63,395 bases of DNA, filler included, from Dimorphilus gyrociliatus (GCA_904063045.1; 4 parts of 4 records of this genome joined end to end with filler, not necessarily neighbours in it), one strand, 5' to 3'. Shown: positions 36,705 to 50,849, counted from the first letter of the whole stretch. Numbers and translations are program-made. The notes: generated from the letters alone by a model not told the origin.

Positions 36705-36900
36705 CTCATTTTACTCAATACATATTCTTTAAATGAAATACTTGTGTTTTGCTGATTAATTTCTACCAAAATTACATTTGCTAAGACTATTTGTGGACGA
36801 ATTCTAAAGGTTCTATTTGTGTGAGTACTTTGGCAAATTGGCAAATGATTGGAAAGAATGCTTACAGTTGTAAGAAACCAGAAATTCCTCCAATTTCAAA
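36705..36900 (-). repeat. Trailer repeat starting about 17 bp after the GT4 stop; inverted relative to 37800-38025
   Basis: ctcattttactcaatacatattctttaaatgaaatac... is the reverse complement of the repeat at 25500-25720, 31120-31340, 37800-38025 and 49385-49640. Confidence 0.85.
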
Positions 36901-38086
36901 ACAACAAAGTACAACCAGTGATGTTTATAACTGAACCAATATTCTAAAGATTTTTGATATGTTTTCATTGATTAATTTACATTTTGAATTAATAATTTAA
37001 TTCATGAGGCAATTTAAATGTGTATAAAAACTTTTCAATAATGACAGAAATTGTTCGATTGCTCTGTAATTCATTATTCAATTATTACCACTAAACAATG
37101 GAATTTTTAATAATTTGGCATTTTCCACCATTTTAAAGACCAACGCAGCCTTTTAACAAACATATTTTTAGAATTTTTGTGCACTTAGATATAGTGAATT
37201 ATCAATACTTGGACTTTAGATATCCATTTCTATTTTACAGTCTAATGGTATTGCAATAGCACAATTGTAACAATCATGTATAGCTGTTGAAAAAGTTGTA
37301 GCTTGGCAGTTAGTATAAAAAAGTAGTTTTCTTACTTTTTAAAACACTTAAATCTATTGTAAAAGTATTTTTCTGTTTGTTTTTATTATTTTGTGAGAGA
37401 TGCTTGTCACTCTCTGTTCACATTTCAACCTCTCTCTTATATATACAGCATAAATTGTTTAGATTCAATAAAAACTGCACACAAAATATCTTTTTAAAAC
37501 ATTTTCTCACTTTCAGTTTTCTTCATTTTCCACTTCTCCTTATCACATGTGACTCGTTGCAGGGTAGGAACAATATTTCTAGTGATTTTGGAAAATTAGC
37601 ACTTTGATTACTTTTAGAGTATGCTAGGCCTAGACTGAGGATTAGGTCTGTTTTCAAATAGTGTTTTTTGAATATTATGAATTCAATATTTATCAAAAGA
37701 TGCTAAAAAGAAAATTTTGACAAGATTCCTACTCCCCTCTATAATGTAACTCCTTGGATGATTGATATCAATTTCATAAATTATTGAACAAAATTGTACT
37801 TTGTTGTATTGTAATTGTAGGAATTTCTCCTTCTTCAGAACAGTATTCGTCCTTTCCAATCATTTATCAATGCACCAAAGTACTCACACAAATAGAACCT
37901 TTCAAATTCGTCCACAAGTAGTCTTAAGAAATGTAATTTCAGTAGAAATTAATCAACAAAATGCCAGTATTTTGTTTAAAGAATATCTATTGAGTAAATG
38001 AGTTTCTAGTTCTAAACTATTTTAAACAATCACCAGGAATATTAGAAGAATAATTAAAATATTTAAGAGCAGTGTAATTAAACAAC

Positions 38087-39210
38087 CTATTTGCTTAGTT
38101 CAAAAAGATCACTTCCGCAATGCCATATCCGTTCCAGAGAAATTCTTTTAAGTTTTGAACAGTGTTTAAACAAGTTAATTATTATTTTAGACTGGTCTTC
38201 GCTCAAATTACATTCTGTAAAGTTGAGGCATTTTAAAGTATTTGACAAATGAAGAAGTTGTGCACAAATATAGAATAGTCCATTGCCTGTTGTATGATTT
38301 CCTGTCAGGTAGATTGTCTCTAGCTTGGCGCATTCTTTAAAAAGGTTTCCAATATGTCTACATTGCCCATTGTTTAAATTACAACAGCCGAAATTTATCT
38401 CTTTTAAACAGCTTGACGATTGGATGAGTCCTTTACAAATGTTAAATAATCCTTCTCCCATCTGAACATTCCATGCCAAGTTGATTGTGTCTATTTTAGA
38501 GCAACTTTAGAAAAGCTTTCCAATCTTTCTACATTGTTCCTCTTCTAAATTGCAGCCTTTGAAATCAATCTTTATCAGCTGTTTCACTGATTTTAATGTG
38601 TCAGCAATATTCCTTAATATTTGTTCTGATATTGTTGTATTTTCTTTTAGAGTATTTGAAGAGTTGTGTAGATGTTTACATATATAAAAAAATCCATTTT
38701 CCATATTGTCATTAAATGATAAATTGATCTTTTCAATTTTATGGCAGTTATTTAAAAAATTACCAATTTCTCTGGCCATACTTCCATTTAAAAGACAACT
38801 TTTTAAATAAATTTTCTGCTAGAGTATTACAACAAATTGTAGAGTCCATCCAAAATAGTAGGCAAGCTGTCTTTTAAATCTTATTCAATGAAAAGTCAAC
38901 TTTTGTAAAGAACAACATTTCTTTAATAAATCTGCAACATTCTTAATACATTCCCATCCAAATTACAATTGCAAAAGTTATAGCTTTGAGTCCAATTGAC
39001 GATATTAAAAGTGCTTGGCAAATTTTAGGTAAAAAGTGTTCAACATTTGGATTCCAACTTAAATTAACTTTTTCAATTTTTGAACAGTTTGAAAGCAGAT
39101 TTGATAGAGTTTCACAGTTGTTCTTGCCTAAATCACAATAACATAAATTGATCTTTTGTAATGAATTTGATGAAATGAGTAGTTGTTTAAAAATTAATGA
39201 TAGGCCAACT
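38087..39210 (-). pseudogene. RI-type LRR pseudogene, copy 3
   Basis: Same sequence and same stop as copies 1 and 2, plus further indels. Confidence 0.8.
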
Positions 39211-40304
39211 TTCAAATCTTCAATTGTATGATGCAATTGAAACATTTTCCAGATATATTGGGCACTGAAGCTAGAAATTGTAAACATTTTGGTAATTTTG
39301 TTCAATGATAGCCCTTCTTGGCATTTTCAACAACCAAATAACAAATTTTTATCAATGACCATTATTTTTTGAAAAACCAAAGATATAATTATAATAAAAT
39401 ACTTTCCTATTTGATTTATGCAGCTTAACCCCCTTTTTTTGATTAAATAGATGGTGACTCATTTTTAACTAACCCCTTTTTCGAGATGTATTTACTAAAA
39501 CAGGATTTTATAAAAGAAAAACAATTTTTGATCATTTTTCGTAAAGGACATTAGTTTATACATATTAATCATTATTATTACCAATTCAAAGTAGCTATTC
39601 AGCATAGCTTAATATCAAAACAAAAAATTTTACAAGGTGGCTGGGACTTTTGCCTATATTTGCATTCAATTATTATAGAGGGAAAATTTTCCAACACGAT
39701 GGCCCAGCTGTCATACAGCAGCCAGAGCAAAGGAATACCTAAAGAGAAAGAAAGTTGAAACATTGCATTCATGGCCAGCTAACTGCCCAGACTTCAACAT
39801 TATTGAAGCCAATATGGGCATATATAAAAGTATTTTTTAAGACAAAACTCTTCCAATCAATGGATGATGACCTAGTTTTATATATCTAAATCTAAAAGAA
39901 TCAACTAATAATATGATAAAATAATTACAATTTTATTCACAAAGTATATTTAAATACAACCATAATAACACACCCATAATGAATTAATTAAAACAAACAA
40001 ACAGTGAGTGTTCACAATATGGTATTGGAACAGATGTAACAACTTTGATACACCTGAAAAATTGAATTCAACAATTCAAATGAAGCCACAATACATTGAT
40101 TTGGAAGGTAGAATAGCCATCAAAATTGAAAAGTAACCAGAATGGATCCTTAACAATTTGGAAAGTACCATCAATATACCAGTAGTTGGATTTGGATAAT
40201 AAGTTCAGCTGATGGTTTGTTGCAAAAATTAAGATTCTTTCTCCATTTTCACAAATGTCTTTCTGGAGAAATTCATCAGGTAAAAAAGTTGTGTTCAAGT
40301 TGAA

Positions 40305-40404
40305 NNNNNNNNNNNNNNNNNNNNNNNNNNNNNNNNNNNNNNNNNNNNTTAATTAATTAANNNNNNNNNNNNNNNNNNNNNNNNNNNNNNNNNNNNNNNN
40401 NNNN
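40305..40404. other. Artificial contig linker
   Basis: 44N-TTAATTAATTAA-44N. Confidence 0.97.
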
Positions 40405-40570
40405 TAATGGAGAGAAATTTTGTTGAGAGTTAAGTATTACAAATGACAGAAACAAGAAATGATAAAAAATAATACCATTTTGGCCACTTTTCAAAACTTC
40501 AAGTTCTTGTAAATATTTTCTGTTTGTATTTAAAATATTAAATAATTAATTTTTAATTATAAAAATTAAC

Positions 40571-43500
40571 TTATGAAGTCTTGACTTTCTCCTTCCATCA
40601 ATAAATTCACCAAAGAGAAATGATGTAGGATTAACCCCACAATTGATTGGCAAGAATATAATGACAATTAGTGTATAAATATCATTTTCAATATTCAAAT
40701 TGACTAAAAGCGAAAGTAAACCTAAAAATCATTGAAAAGTTATTTAAACAAGAAAAAAAGCTAATTTTTCTGCAACAAGAACCTAAAATTGAAATTGGAA
40801 TCCAACATAACATGTTTATTATTACAATAATAATTATTACTTTAGACAGATTTCTTGTTAGAACCACTCCTTTAGACATGTTATTCAATAATTTTTTGGC
40901 CTTTTTAAGAAGGAAAAAAATTTGGGCATAAGAATAAGTCACAATGCTACTATACACCATCATTAGGCCACTAAAGAGGATAAATGACATGTACCACCTT
41001 AGTGCTGTTGCAATAGTGAAAATTATGGAAATTTCCATTTTCCTTTCCTTTAAGACTGTTTGACCAAAATTTTGAAGAATATACTTTCTTTCTAAACTAA
41101 AAAGAACAACACTAATTGAGGAGAGTAACAATCCAAATGTATTAAAAATTCCTAATATTTTACACAGAAAACCATATCTCCAATTAATATCATGGTAGAT
41201 GTAGTTGTTTTTATAATATAAATCAATTTGAGCAATTATCAAAAAGTATGAAGATGTAAACATATCTCCCATAATAAGTGTTAACTGGTAGAAATTGTAT
41301 GATTTTTTACCTGTAAAACTCAAGAAAACAATTAGTGATAAAGTATTTCCTAAAAATCCAAACACTCCAGTAAACCAAAAAAGTATTTGAATTGTATTAT
41401 TTGCCAATAGGTTTGTGCATTTTTGATTAATAGGTGGTTTTGGTACACAAATAATCCTTCTGTTAAATTTAGTCCAGACTGAACAACATAAATTAAAACT
41501 TAAACTGAATAACTTTTTTATACTATTTAATCCTTTTGTAATTAATTTTAAAGAATTTAACGGAAAATTTGTGCTATTTAAATGCAATTCTTCAAAATAT
41601 GTTAATTGATTGAATAAATTATCTTGAATTGCTTTAATCCTACAATTTGTCATTTTCAATATTATTAACCTTATTAAATTCAATTTGGAACTTGATTGAA
41701 TAGCTTCTATTTTGGTAAATGAAATATCTAAATATCTCAACATATCCAAGTGAAAAGAATGCAAAAATTCCAAATTTCTTATTGGATTGAATGAAATATC
41801 CAAATATTGTAACAATTTTGGCTTTTCTTCAAATTTTGTTTTAAATTGTGTAAAATTGCAGTTTTTTAAAATATCAACAACTAAATTTGGATAATAAGAA
41901 ACAGGAAATGAGGATTGCTCATTTATTTCCATTTATGGATAGTGCAAATTAAACAATACTTGAGGTTGAATTTTGAAATTTCCCACCATTGACACATTCT
42001 TCATATTATTATTTAAATGAATTTCCATAAATTTACCATTGTCTAGTGGTATTACATAGCAAAAAATAGAAAGCGGAGACTTTTGAACACAATACTTTGA
42101 ATTGGAAATATTTTGAAAGCAAAGTAATTCATCACTACCGAAAGAGCAATCAAATATTCCATTGCACACTTTTGTCAGAAGAATAAATTGACTTTCATTT
42201 CTACATTTAAAGTAACCTTTTGGTGTGAAATTGCCTATTGGTGATGGACATTGCTTTAAATATAGATTTTTATGATATATAGAGTTGGTGATATTACCAC
42301 AGAAAATTTCATCATCACCATACATACAGTGATTAATTCCATCGCAAAATTGTTGAATTGATAAGATATCATCTTGGGGATATTGATTGGTTGTTAATAA
42401 ATTTCCCACTGATTCATAAACAATTCTACACTTTGTCTTTGAGCCATTCTCAATGCATAGCTTATTTCGAAGATTTTGATAATCCACAGTGCACTTGCTA
42501 AGTTTTTCATCAACTTGACCTATGCAATCTTTTTGATAATTACACATATAGCTTTTTGGAATAAACTTTCTGGGACATGCCATTTTAAAGTGATCTATTG
42601 AAAGGTTAAACATAGCATGTTTTTCTCATCAATTATATATAAAGGAATTCATACCATTGTAATAATTTTTTGACTAGGAATATTTAAAATCCTCATCACT
42701 TCTGTCAAAGCAATTTCTTTCAATATCACCTATTTCATTGAGTTGATCACATTGACCATTTGAGCAATATCTACAATTTCAAACAGTTAAAAGCTCTTAT
42801 AAAAACCCTAGCAAATATTCACTTGAGGTCTCCAGTACAATTTTCCTTGTCTGTATGGTAATGAAGAAAAATTAGGCTTAATGATTATTTAAGCTACAGA
42901 AAAATCTAACAGCAAAAAGTTTCATCAGAAGCATCAGGACAATCATTTACAAAATCACACACAAGTGTAAAGCTAACTGTAAAATTGGAACTCAAACAGA
43001 AAAATTTCCTAGTGGTTATATCTTCATGACAATTGAGTTCATCCTCTCCCATTGGACAATCAGTTATACCATCGCAAACATAAATGTATGATATGCAAAC
43101 TTCTCCATTTATACAAGTAAATGCATTGGAATGACATTTTATCCCTTGTATTGATGATGAATCAAGTGCAGAATGAATATAAGATATGCTCATTTCTGAA
43201 AAAACACATTCAATCTGTACAATGAAATATATATTCACTAAGAAAGAGAGAACATAGAAAGAGAGTTTACTTACTGGGTTGCTTATGACAAATGTAATAA
43301 TTTGTTAAGATGTCTCTACACTGTCTTTCAATCAGTTTTACCATTGGTACAAAATTCTGTAGTGAGGCCTCTAGTTGATAGCAATCCTTCCCAACAGGCT
43401 GTGAGCATATAGTGAGATGTGCTGAAGATTGAAAAAAATCCAATCTACTGTTTTTAATAAGGCACCTCTATTGAAATTGTATATGGTAAATTAAATCAAT

Positions 43501-45384
43501 CAATTATGTCCAGTATTTATATAAATCTTACATTATCTTGATAAAAATTAGATTGGCACCTATACAAGAATGGAAAATTACTTGTTGTGACAATTATTGG
43601 TTTTTTGTTTCTCATAAATGTATAATATGCTCCTAAATTGAAAAAAACAATGGCAAATATTTAAAAAAATGAGTACAGCACCAGTAATTTTTTTTCATTT
43701 ATACTTGAATAGAATTTGTAAACATCTCCAATTAAATCATATTTTTGTAAAATCGAGAAATATGAAATTGTAAAGGCCATACTCTGGCTTGGAATGTCAG
43801 TTAGTGTTAAATTATGGTGTTGACATTGCCTTTCAATTTCCTCGAATGTTAGAAAGTGAGAACTTTTGAATGTATAATAGCATATATGATCTATAGTATG
43901 GGAATTTTCTCCTCAGCACTGATTTCCTAAAATTAGATATGTATTTAAATATTTCAACAATTTGGAATATAGAAATAATATCTCAACTCTCAATATTTGA
44001 ACATTCAATATACAGTAAATTCACTCCTTCCATACTGTATATTTTTAACATAAAAAATGTATTCTTTTTGGTTTTTGTAAAAAATCTTATAATTAAAACC
44101 TTGTTGGAATCATTGTTCCAAAAGAACATTTATTCAAATTTGCTTTGGAATGGGGACAATGCCATATGCTGTACAACTTAAATAATTGCTTTGTTGCTCT
44201 TCTTAAGTATTTAAAATATATAGGTTCTACTAAAGTTCCATAGGAAAAACCAAAACTTTTACATATAATTTGAACCTCCCTGTTCCCTAAAGTTTGAAAA
44301 TTGTATGCATTATCAGAATTTACTATCATAAATGATCCAATAAAAGAGGTATATATACTTTAACATCTAGTATTGAAAATTCTGATTTATTTATGGCAGA
44401 AAGCTTATACACTACCATTAAGATCTAGATATGTGCACTGGAAGTAGCGAGAGGAATTCTCATTAATTCTTTTTAAATGAATTGCAGATAAGTTTGAATT
44501 GAAAATGGCTGAAAAATTTCTTTCCTCTATAAAACTGCTATTTTTCATATAAATGAATTGTGATTTTTTGCAAACTAGTTCAACACTTTCATTGAATCTG
44601 ATTATTCTATAATTTTTTTGTGGTTACGACAGAAAACGTCACCAAATGCATGATTTAACCATAACCCTAACCTAGCCCTTGTCACTCCCTAACCTTTTTG
44701 ATTACCCCTGACCCTTAGAAGGAACCCCCCTAACTACAAATCAATGGCTACTTCACTCGCCCTAACCATTTTGCAATCCGAAATGTTGCTTTCAAAAATC
44801 TCACTTGGGGACGTTATCTGTTGGCCCCATTTTTTGTTTGACTTCTAATGTATAAATTATGCATTTTTTTCCATTCATTCTGAATTGTCTAGCAAATACA
44901 TCTGAAATAAAGTGTCTAAAAATATAGTACAATGTTTTGTTAGCATTTAAATAAACAGACATGATGGAGTTTTCTTGTAACATTTAAACAAAGTGCCATA
45001 CAAGGCTTTCTCTTTTGAAAATAAACTAAATAAAACAAATTCATAAAATATTTGGAAAGTTTTGTATTAAAAAGCCTACAATTTGCAACATTTTGAAGCA
45101 TATAAATATGCATGAATCATGCTGTCCTGGTGATCTCTTAATTTATGTGGATGTATGATAGAATGAATTGAGTCATATCCCATATGAACACATAAATCAA
45201 TCTTTATTTGGTCAACATTTTGAAAATGATATTTAAGCCAGCATGCCTCTGTCATATTTCCTTTAACTTTAACACTGACTAATCCTTCAGCAAATATTTC
45301 ACTCTCATTGGTTATGTTTAAAAATACAGTTTGATGGCATACTGAAAATAAAAAAAACGCCAAATATGTTACTAGTTCTATCAT
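40571..45384 (-). CDS. GRL101/RXFP-like LGR: signal peptide, SRCR-like domains, C-type-lectin-like segment, several LDLa, LRRs and 7TM; multi-exon with disruptions (possible pseudogene)
   Basis: LDLa (CISYIYVCDGITDCPMGEDELNC; VCNGIFDCSFGSDELLC), LRRs (LQYLDISFNPI), CTNLLAN..IQILFWFTGVFGFLGN, NWRYGFLCKILG, CWIPI, and a last exon IFLPINCGVNP. In-frame TAA at 41933-41935. Confidence 0.8.
44630..44820. mobile_element. MITE-like element with 19-bp imperfect TIRs and internal degenerate CCCTAA repeats
   Basis: cagaaaacgtcaccaaatg / cacttggggacgttatctg; the interior is homologous to 50655-50849. Confidence 0.65.
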
Positions 45385-48300
45385 CCTCCACTCACAAATT
45401 ATTCTAACCTAAATAGAGAAGTCTAGGAAAAGATAATCATTTGAAAATTAATTTGAAATGAAATGATGTCTTGTGTGAAGTTCAATTTTTTAAAATTTTC
45501 ATTTTTTTAAATAAAAACATATACATTAACCTTTTATTATATTTTTACAAAAAACATATTACTATATGCAATCTTATACAATTAGAAGTAGTGACATATT
45601 AATATTTTGAAATTAGAGTGCAAGTGTTGATTGTTGTAAGATCACTAAGCCATGTACTATGTGTTCCATGCTTTGTTCCAAGAATTGTTGGCAGTTGAGG
45701 TGACAGTGGGGCTAGTAGTGCAACCATTCTATTTCTTAAGGTAAACTCCTTGCTAAGTAATTTTGATATTTGTTCAAAAACAATTTGTAAGTTCTGGAAG
45801 TTCTTATCAATATTATTTAAGAGTACTGAAGTTCTGATGGCATCTTGTATGTCAATTGTGCTGAATATCTTCTTTGGTATGTTTTCCCTCTGTTTCCTCA
45901 ACCATATTTGTTATTCTTGTATTGAATTGGTCTATTGAATATTACAAGATTATATAATTCTTTTAAGAACCCTTCTCTCCTATGAGTTATTATTCATAAC
46001 TTTTATATTGGCTGCCATATTTGATATTTGAAAGTGAATTTATTTTTGCAGAAATTTAGTAATAGCACTTGTTTGTATTAACTGTAGCAAAAGATTTTAT
46101 GGTAGACAGAGAAGGATTTCTTCAAGAACAAGTTTTGGCATTACCTTTTTTTCCAGCTGAAGCTTTTCCAAACAGTTTTTACCCTAAGACATTTTTTCCC
46201 ATACTCCATTGTTTTTTTCATTCTTAACATCACAAAAGAAAAAAGCTTATAAATTACTATTCAAGGTAAGTTATATTTTGAAATACTTTAATCAATGATA
46301 ATTTGTGTATTTAGGCTGTAAATGAATCGTCTGGTCACATGTCTGTTCAAAAAATTGCTTTGGATTATGAAAAGGCCATTTGGAGAAGTATAAGAGATAC
46401 ATGGCGAGATGTTACAATGGTTTGTTGTTCTTTTTATTGGTCACCAGCCATTTTTCGAAAAATTCAGGTTAGGAATAATATTAATAAGTGTAAAAATTTA
46501 ATCTAAGTTTATTTTTCTACTTTTAGGATCTGGGTTACAGCCCAGAATTTAAAAAGAGAGAAGGAGAATGGCAATCAAAGAAAATGATTATGGCTTTACC
46601 CTACCTCCCTCATACTTTTATTGCAAATTTATTAAAATAATAAGTTTGTACACTAGGGTATTTTTTGGTGTGAAGGTCTTTAGAGTAGGCTTATTAGTAT
46701 GCCAAGATTTCTTGTTACATATCTGTACCATGCTGCCTTTATTGTTAGAGTCATAGGCCACTGAAACATTACAAATTTGGTTGTTCATTAGTCTATAAAT
46801 CTCTTTATTGGTATTGTTCAAGCTTTTTGCTATTTTTTAATATACAGTCACAGAAAAATATTTTTCTGGTTGTACACTTATGAACTATAGTTTATAGATA
46901 TTTTATAAATAATACTTACCATATGGTAGAAATGTTGAAGTAGATGTTGCCTCTAGGGTAGATGGTACTGAACTGCCAGAATCAACCTCTTTTATAGGCA
47001 AAGCATAAGATGTTACATATTGCATAATATGATAATCCTTGACCCTGTTTGTTGTGAACAATCCTTATCTGGAGTTAGAGTTAGACCCTTGTTGTTGACA
47101 GCTAAGGAAGGCATAAAACAACTGATAAGGAACTGTATAAAAGCAGAGTGCAGGTAGTAACAGGCATTCAGTCCTGAATGAACCCTCTTAGTGAACAGGT
47201 CTAGTATTACTTTAGAACACAGTTATATTATTCTTACAATTTGGTTCTATATTCATTGTCCCTCAATTCTACATCTGTCTTCTAAGCGGCTTACTCCTAA
47301 TTCGGTTCTATTTGGACCAGTACTTACCTACAACTCCCAGGAGGAAAGTACACTGATAATAACTTTTTTGACATTTTTTGCTTCTTTATATCTCAGTTCA
47401 AACAATTATTAAGGAATCATCACAAAATTTTAATTGTTAATGTACAAAAATTCAATATATTTATAATTTCTATATCTCAAATGCATTATAGAATTTTCCA
47501 CAGGAATCTACTTTTGCCATAAAAAGTAATTTGTTTTGTGAAAAAATTCAATGAAAATATTATTTCTGTAATAAGACAATTATTTTCTTATTTTTTTTTT
47601 GACAATTGTTGACAATGTTCACTTTGAAGGAAAAAAGGTACAAATCAAAGCTCAATACTATATCCAATAATCCAAAAATTGACCTAAAAAAGTGATAAGG
47701 AGCATACCAATCTCTGAGTACAAACCTGACATTAAAGTTACAAGACAAAATTGTTAGAAAGAAAAAAGATATTAAAAATTGAATTGTAAAATTTATGGTT
47801 TTAGTTTGGTATGTATTGTAGTTGTATTGAAAATAAAGAGTATTTTGATTCAAATAACCAACATATACAGTACTGGTGGTAAGTCACTGATACACCTTAA
47901 AAAAATAATATTTTTTTGATATTTTCTCTTTCCATACTTAAAGAATGAAAATGAAGGATATTATTATATTTAATAATGTACTGCTCTTGCTGGCAAAATC
48001 TATGCGTTTGCAAGTTATAACAATACTGGTTCTACTCGAACCTTTAAACAAATGTTTAAATTAAAACGGTTTATTCGCAATAATAATACTTAAGCAAGTA
48101 ACAATATGAGAGTTCGATAGCAGAGTAGATAGTTTGTAATAGCAGGTTGCCAAATTACCAAACTGTCTTCCAATGTTGAGGAGTAGATGGATGGTTCCAG
48201 TGGAGGTTGTTTCCAGATGATTTTCCCAGGTCCTTGGGTCCAGATGGAAGCTGCATGCCAAATGAGAATAGTGAGGATTTATATACTTTGAGGTTTGCCT

Positions 48301-48642
48301 CTGACATCCAATCATCACTTTACAGTTGCCGAAATGTGTAGTTCATATTTATGTTTAGTAACAGGATGTTACAAGGTTGAACATTTAGGAAGGTTAATTG
48401 AATTATAACTTGGCCACACCCTAGGCAAGTTAATTAAATTATAACTTGGCCAAACCTTTATTGGTAATTAAAGATGAGCCTTCGAGCTGACTAATCAGAC
48501 TTATGTTTGGCCAATGTTATAGCATTTTCTTGCATAGGTTTTAAGATGTACATGTATAAGTTGCATAAAATAATAGAGTTCAAGCATGTAAAATATAACC
48601 AAAGTTGTACAACTTCCCCCTTCTTTGTGAAGATGAGTCCCT

Positions 48643-49050
48643 TCATCTTGATTTAATGAGAATTACAGGTGGTTGTTCTTCTTCATTAGTTTGATGTTGA
48701 CTAGAGCTACAACTTTGTTTCATTAGTTTTGGGTTTTCAGGAGAGTTATCTGTGCCCTCACTTGGGGTAGCAGTTTCTTCTCTTTGTTTTCTTCTCCTGG
48801 TAGTATAGTTGAAAATGATGATACATACCATTGAAACTACAATACTCAAACAAATATTACATATGATAACTTGGAAAAGCAGGTTGTTCATGGTGACAAG
48901 TAAAAATTGAGAACATTTGTTATTCTTTTTTATCATGCTTAAGTCACAAACTACTTCTGTTGAGGCTATTGGTGAACATTGTTTAATTATAGCTAATTCT
49001 CCCATCTGACTACTGTGCATTCCCAACTCATTTGTTAACACTGTCCGCAA
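48643..49050 (-). CDS. Probable terminal exon of a single-pass membrane protein (mirror at 55171-55578)
   Basis: Acceptor ttttcttgcggacag, TM IICNICLSIVVSMVCIIIF, stop-transfer RRRK and a polar acidic tail. Confidence 0.4.
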   Translation of the reverse strand: MRTVLTNELGMHSSQMGELAIIKQCSPIASTEVVCDLSMIKKNNKCSQFLLVTMNNLLFQVIICNICLSIVVSMVCIIIFNYTTRRRKQREETATPSEGTDNSPENPKLMKQSCSSSQHQTNEEEQPPVILIKSR

Positions 49051-50009
49051 GAAAAGTAAAAAGACTTGAAAATGTTTTTTTCTTATGAAATCATAAAAAA
49101 AGACAAGAAATGAAAAAGATAATGAATGGTTAATTTGTAATAATTTATTTTGTTTCAAACTGATAAAGTAGATGAAAACAAATATCTAAGACTTCTGAAC
49201 ATGTTATCTGCCCAATTTTGAAATTTTCCCATATATCAAAAATCTTCTTTTGCAGATTTACATAAATCTTTTTTTGATAACGCTTCAATTTTTTTTCAGA
49301 TAGCATTTTTTGTATTACTGGCACAAGATCAGCTTCTCTTTTTAACTCATCTAGAAGATTATAAAATGAGCTTGTCAGTTCAGTTACTTTGTTGTATTGT
49401 CATTGTAGGAATTTCTGTTTCTTCAGAACAGTATTCGTCCTTTCCAATCATTTATCAACTCACCAAAGTACTCACACCACATAGAACCTTTCAAGTTTGT
49501 CCACAAATAGTCTTGAGAAATGTAATTTCAGTAGAAATTAATCAACAAAATGCCAGTATTTCATTTAAAGAATATGTATTGAGTAAATGAGTTTCTAGTT
49601 CTAAACAAGTAAGTTTAAACAACCAGCTGACAGTTAAAGAACTGAACTGACAAGCTGGGCAAATGCATTTCCTTTTATACATTTGCCAAAGCCTTGGTTC
49701 AAGTGGTCAAATGATTACAAAGTTGAAATCTATTGGTCTCATAATTCTGATGTAACAAAAATATGAAAGACTTGTTATATCACACATATAAAATATAATC
49801 CTAAGATTAGGGCCACATGTCAAACATGTGCCATTGCAACCAGGCCTGCCTCATCAGCATCTGGTGTTTGACATGCATGTTTTCCATGTTCTTTGTTCCT
49901 TTGTTAATTCCCAAGTAGCCACCATCTGTTGCAGTTAAAGAGTCTATTTCTTACAAAATAGAGTTCTTTCTAAAGTACTAAAAGCTAACTCTACGAATTA
50001 AAAGTCTTT

Positions 50010-50110
50010 CAAAAGTTCCACCATTATAATTCCTATGAAATAGTAGTATTTCTATAGTTGTACCATTGTAATTCCTATAAAATAGAAGTTTTTTAATGTA
50101 GCCTTATATC
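50010..50110. repeat. About 42-bp minisatellite, 2-3 copies (mirror about 54115-54215)
   Basis: ccatt(a/g)taattcctat(g/a)aaatag is repeated; the mirror ORF reads RNYNG twice. Confidence 0.5.
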
Positions 50111-50654
50111 TAAAGTCTAAGTATTCATATATCATTATATCTAAGTGCACAATTTTGTTGATTAATTACTACAAAAATTACATTTATTAAGACTATTTTT
50201 GGACGAACTTGGAATAACATCAAGCTAATAAAAATGTTAATATTTAGACTAAACTGCAAAAATGAAATACAATACTACAGTAAAGAAACAATTGAAAATT
50301 TCAGAAATTTTAATTACTTATTTAGGAATATTCTTTCCTGGTATGAACAGTTTTTTATTTTCAATTTTAAATTATTTAATGTATGAAGGAATTTCTTTAT
50401 TATGTTAAAAATTAATAAATGTCACTGACAAAAGAAATTTTATTTCTTGACTGTCAGCTACTAAATAAAAAATTTACTGTTCAATGTTGGCTTTTTCTTT
50501 GCTATCTTTAGCTACTTCACAATATATTTCTTTTAGTTATTGAAATGAAATGCTTCAACAAAACATGACATTTTTTTTAATTATATTCAAGAAACTAAAC
50601 TGATGGAATATTTAATAATAATCTCAATTATTTATTGAAGGTTAACCCGGATGT

Positions 50655-50849
50655 GGTAGAAAACGGCCATAAATGTATGGTTTTACCCTAACCCTAACCC
50701 AGCCCTTGTTTTTGCCTAACCTTTTTGAATACCCCTAACCCTTAGATGGGACCCTCCTAAGAACATATTAACAGTTATCTTATTCCTCCTAACCATTTCC
50801 CAGGCTGAAATCTAACTTTCAAATATTTCATTTATGGCCGTTTTTAACC
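50655..50849. mobile_element. MITE-like element with a perfect 16-bp TIR core and CCCTAA repeats (mirror about 53375-53570)
   Basis: aaaacggccataaatg (50660-50675) / catttatggccgtttt (50829-50844); internal ccctaaccctaaccc. Confidence 0.75.

Larger units (their letters stand above)
30280..36960 (+). repeat. Complete ~6.68-kb tandem unit (partial copies 24665-28732 and 36961-40304)
   Basis: The unit start ttttcattgattaatttacattttg recurs at 24665, 30280 and 36961; identical ORFs recur in all three. Confidence 0.9.

Noticed and set aside
45599-47900. Possible multi-exon gene between the GPCR and the leader
   Set aside because: Splice-like signals are present, but I could not build a consistent frame or assign a family.
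50685-50745. True or interstitial telomere
   Set aside because: Only a few degenerate units, enclosed by TIRs.
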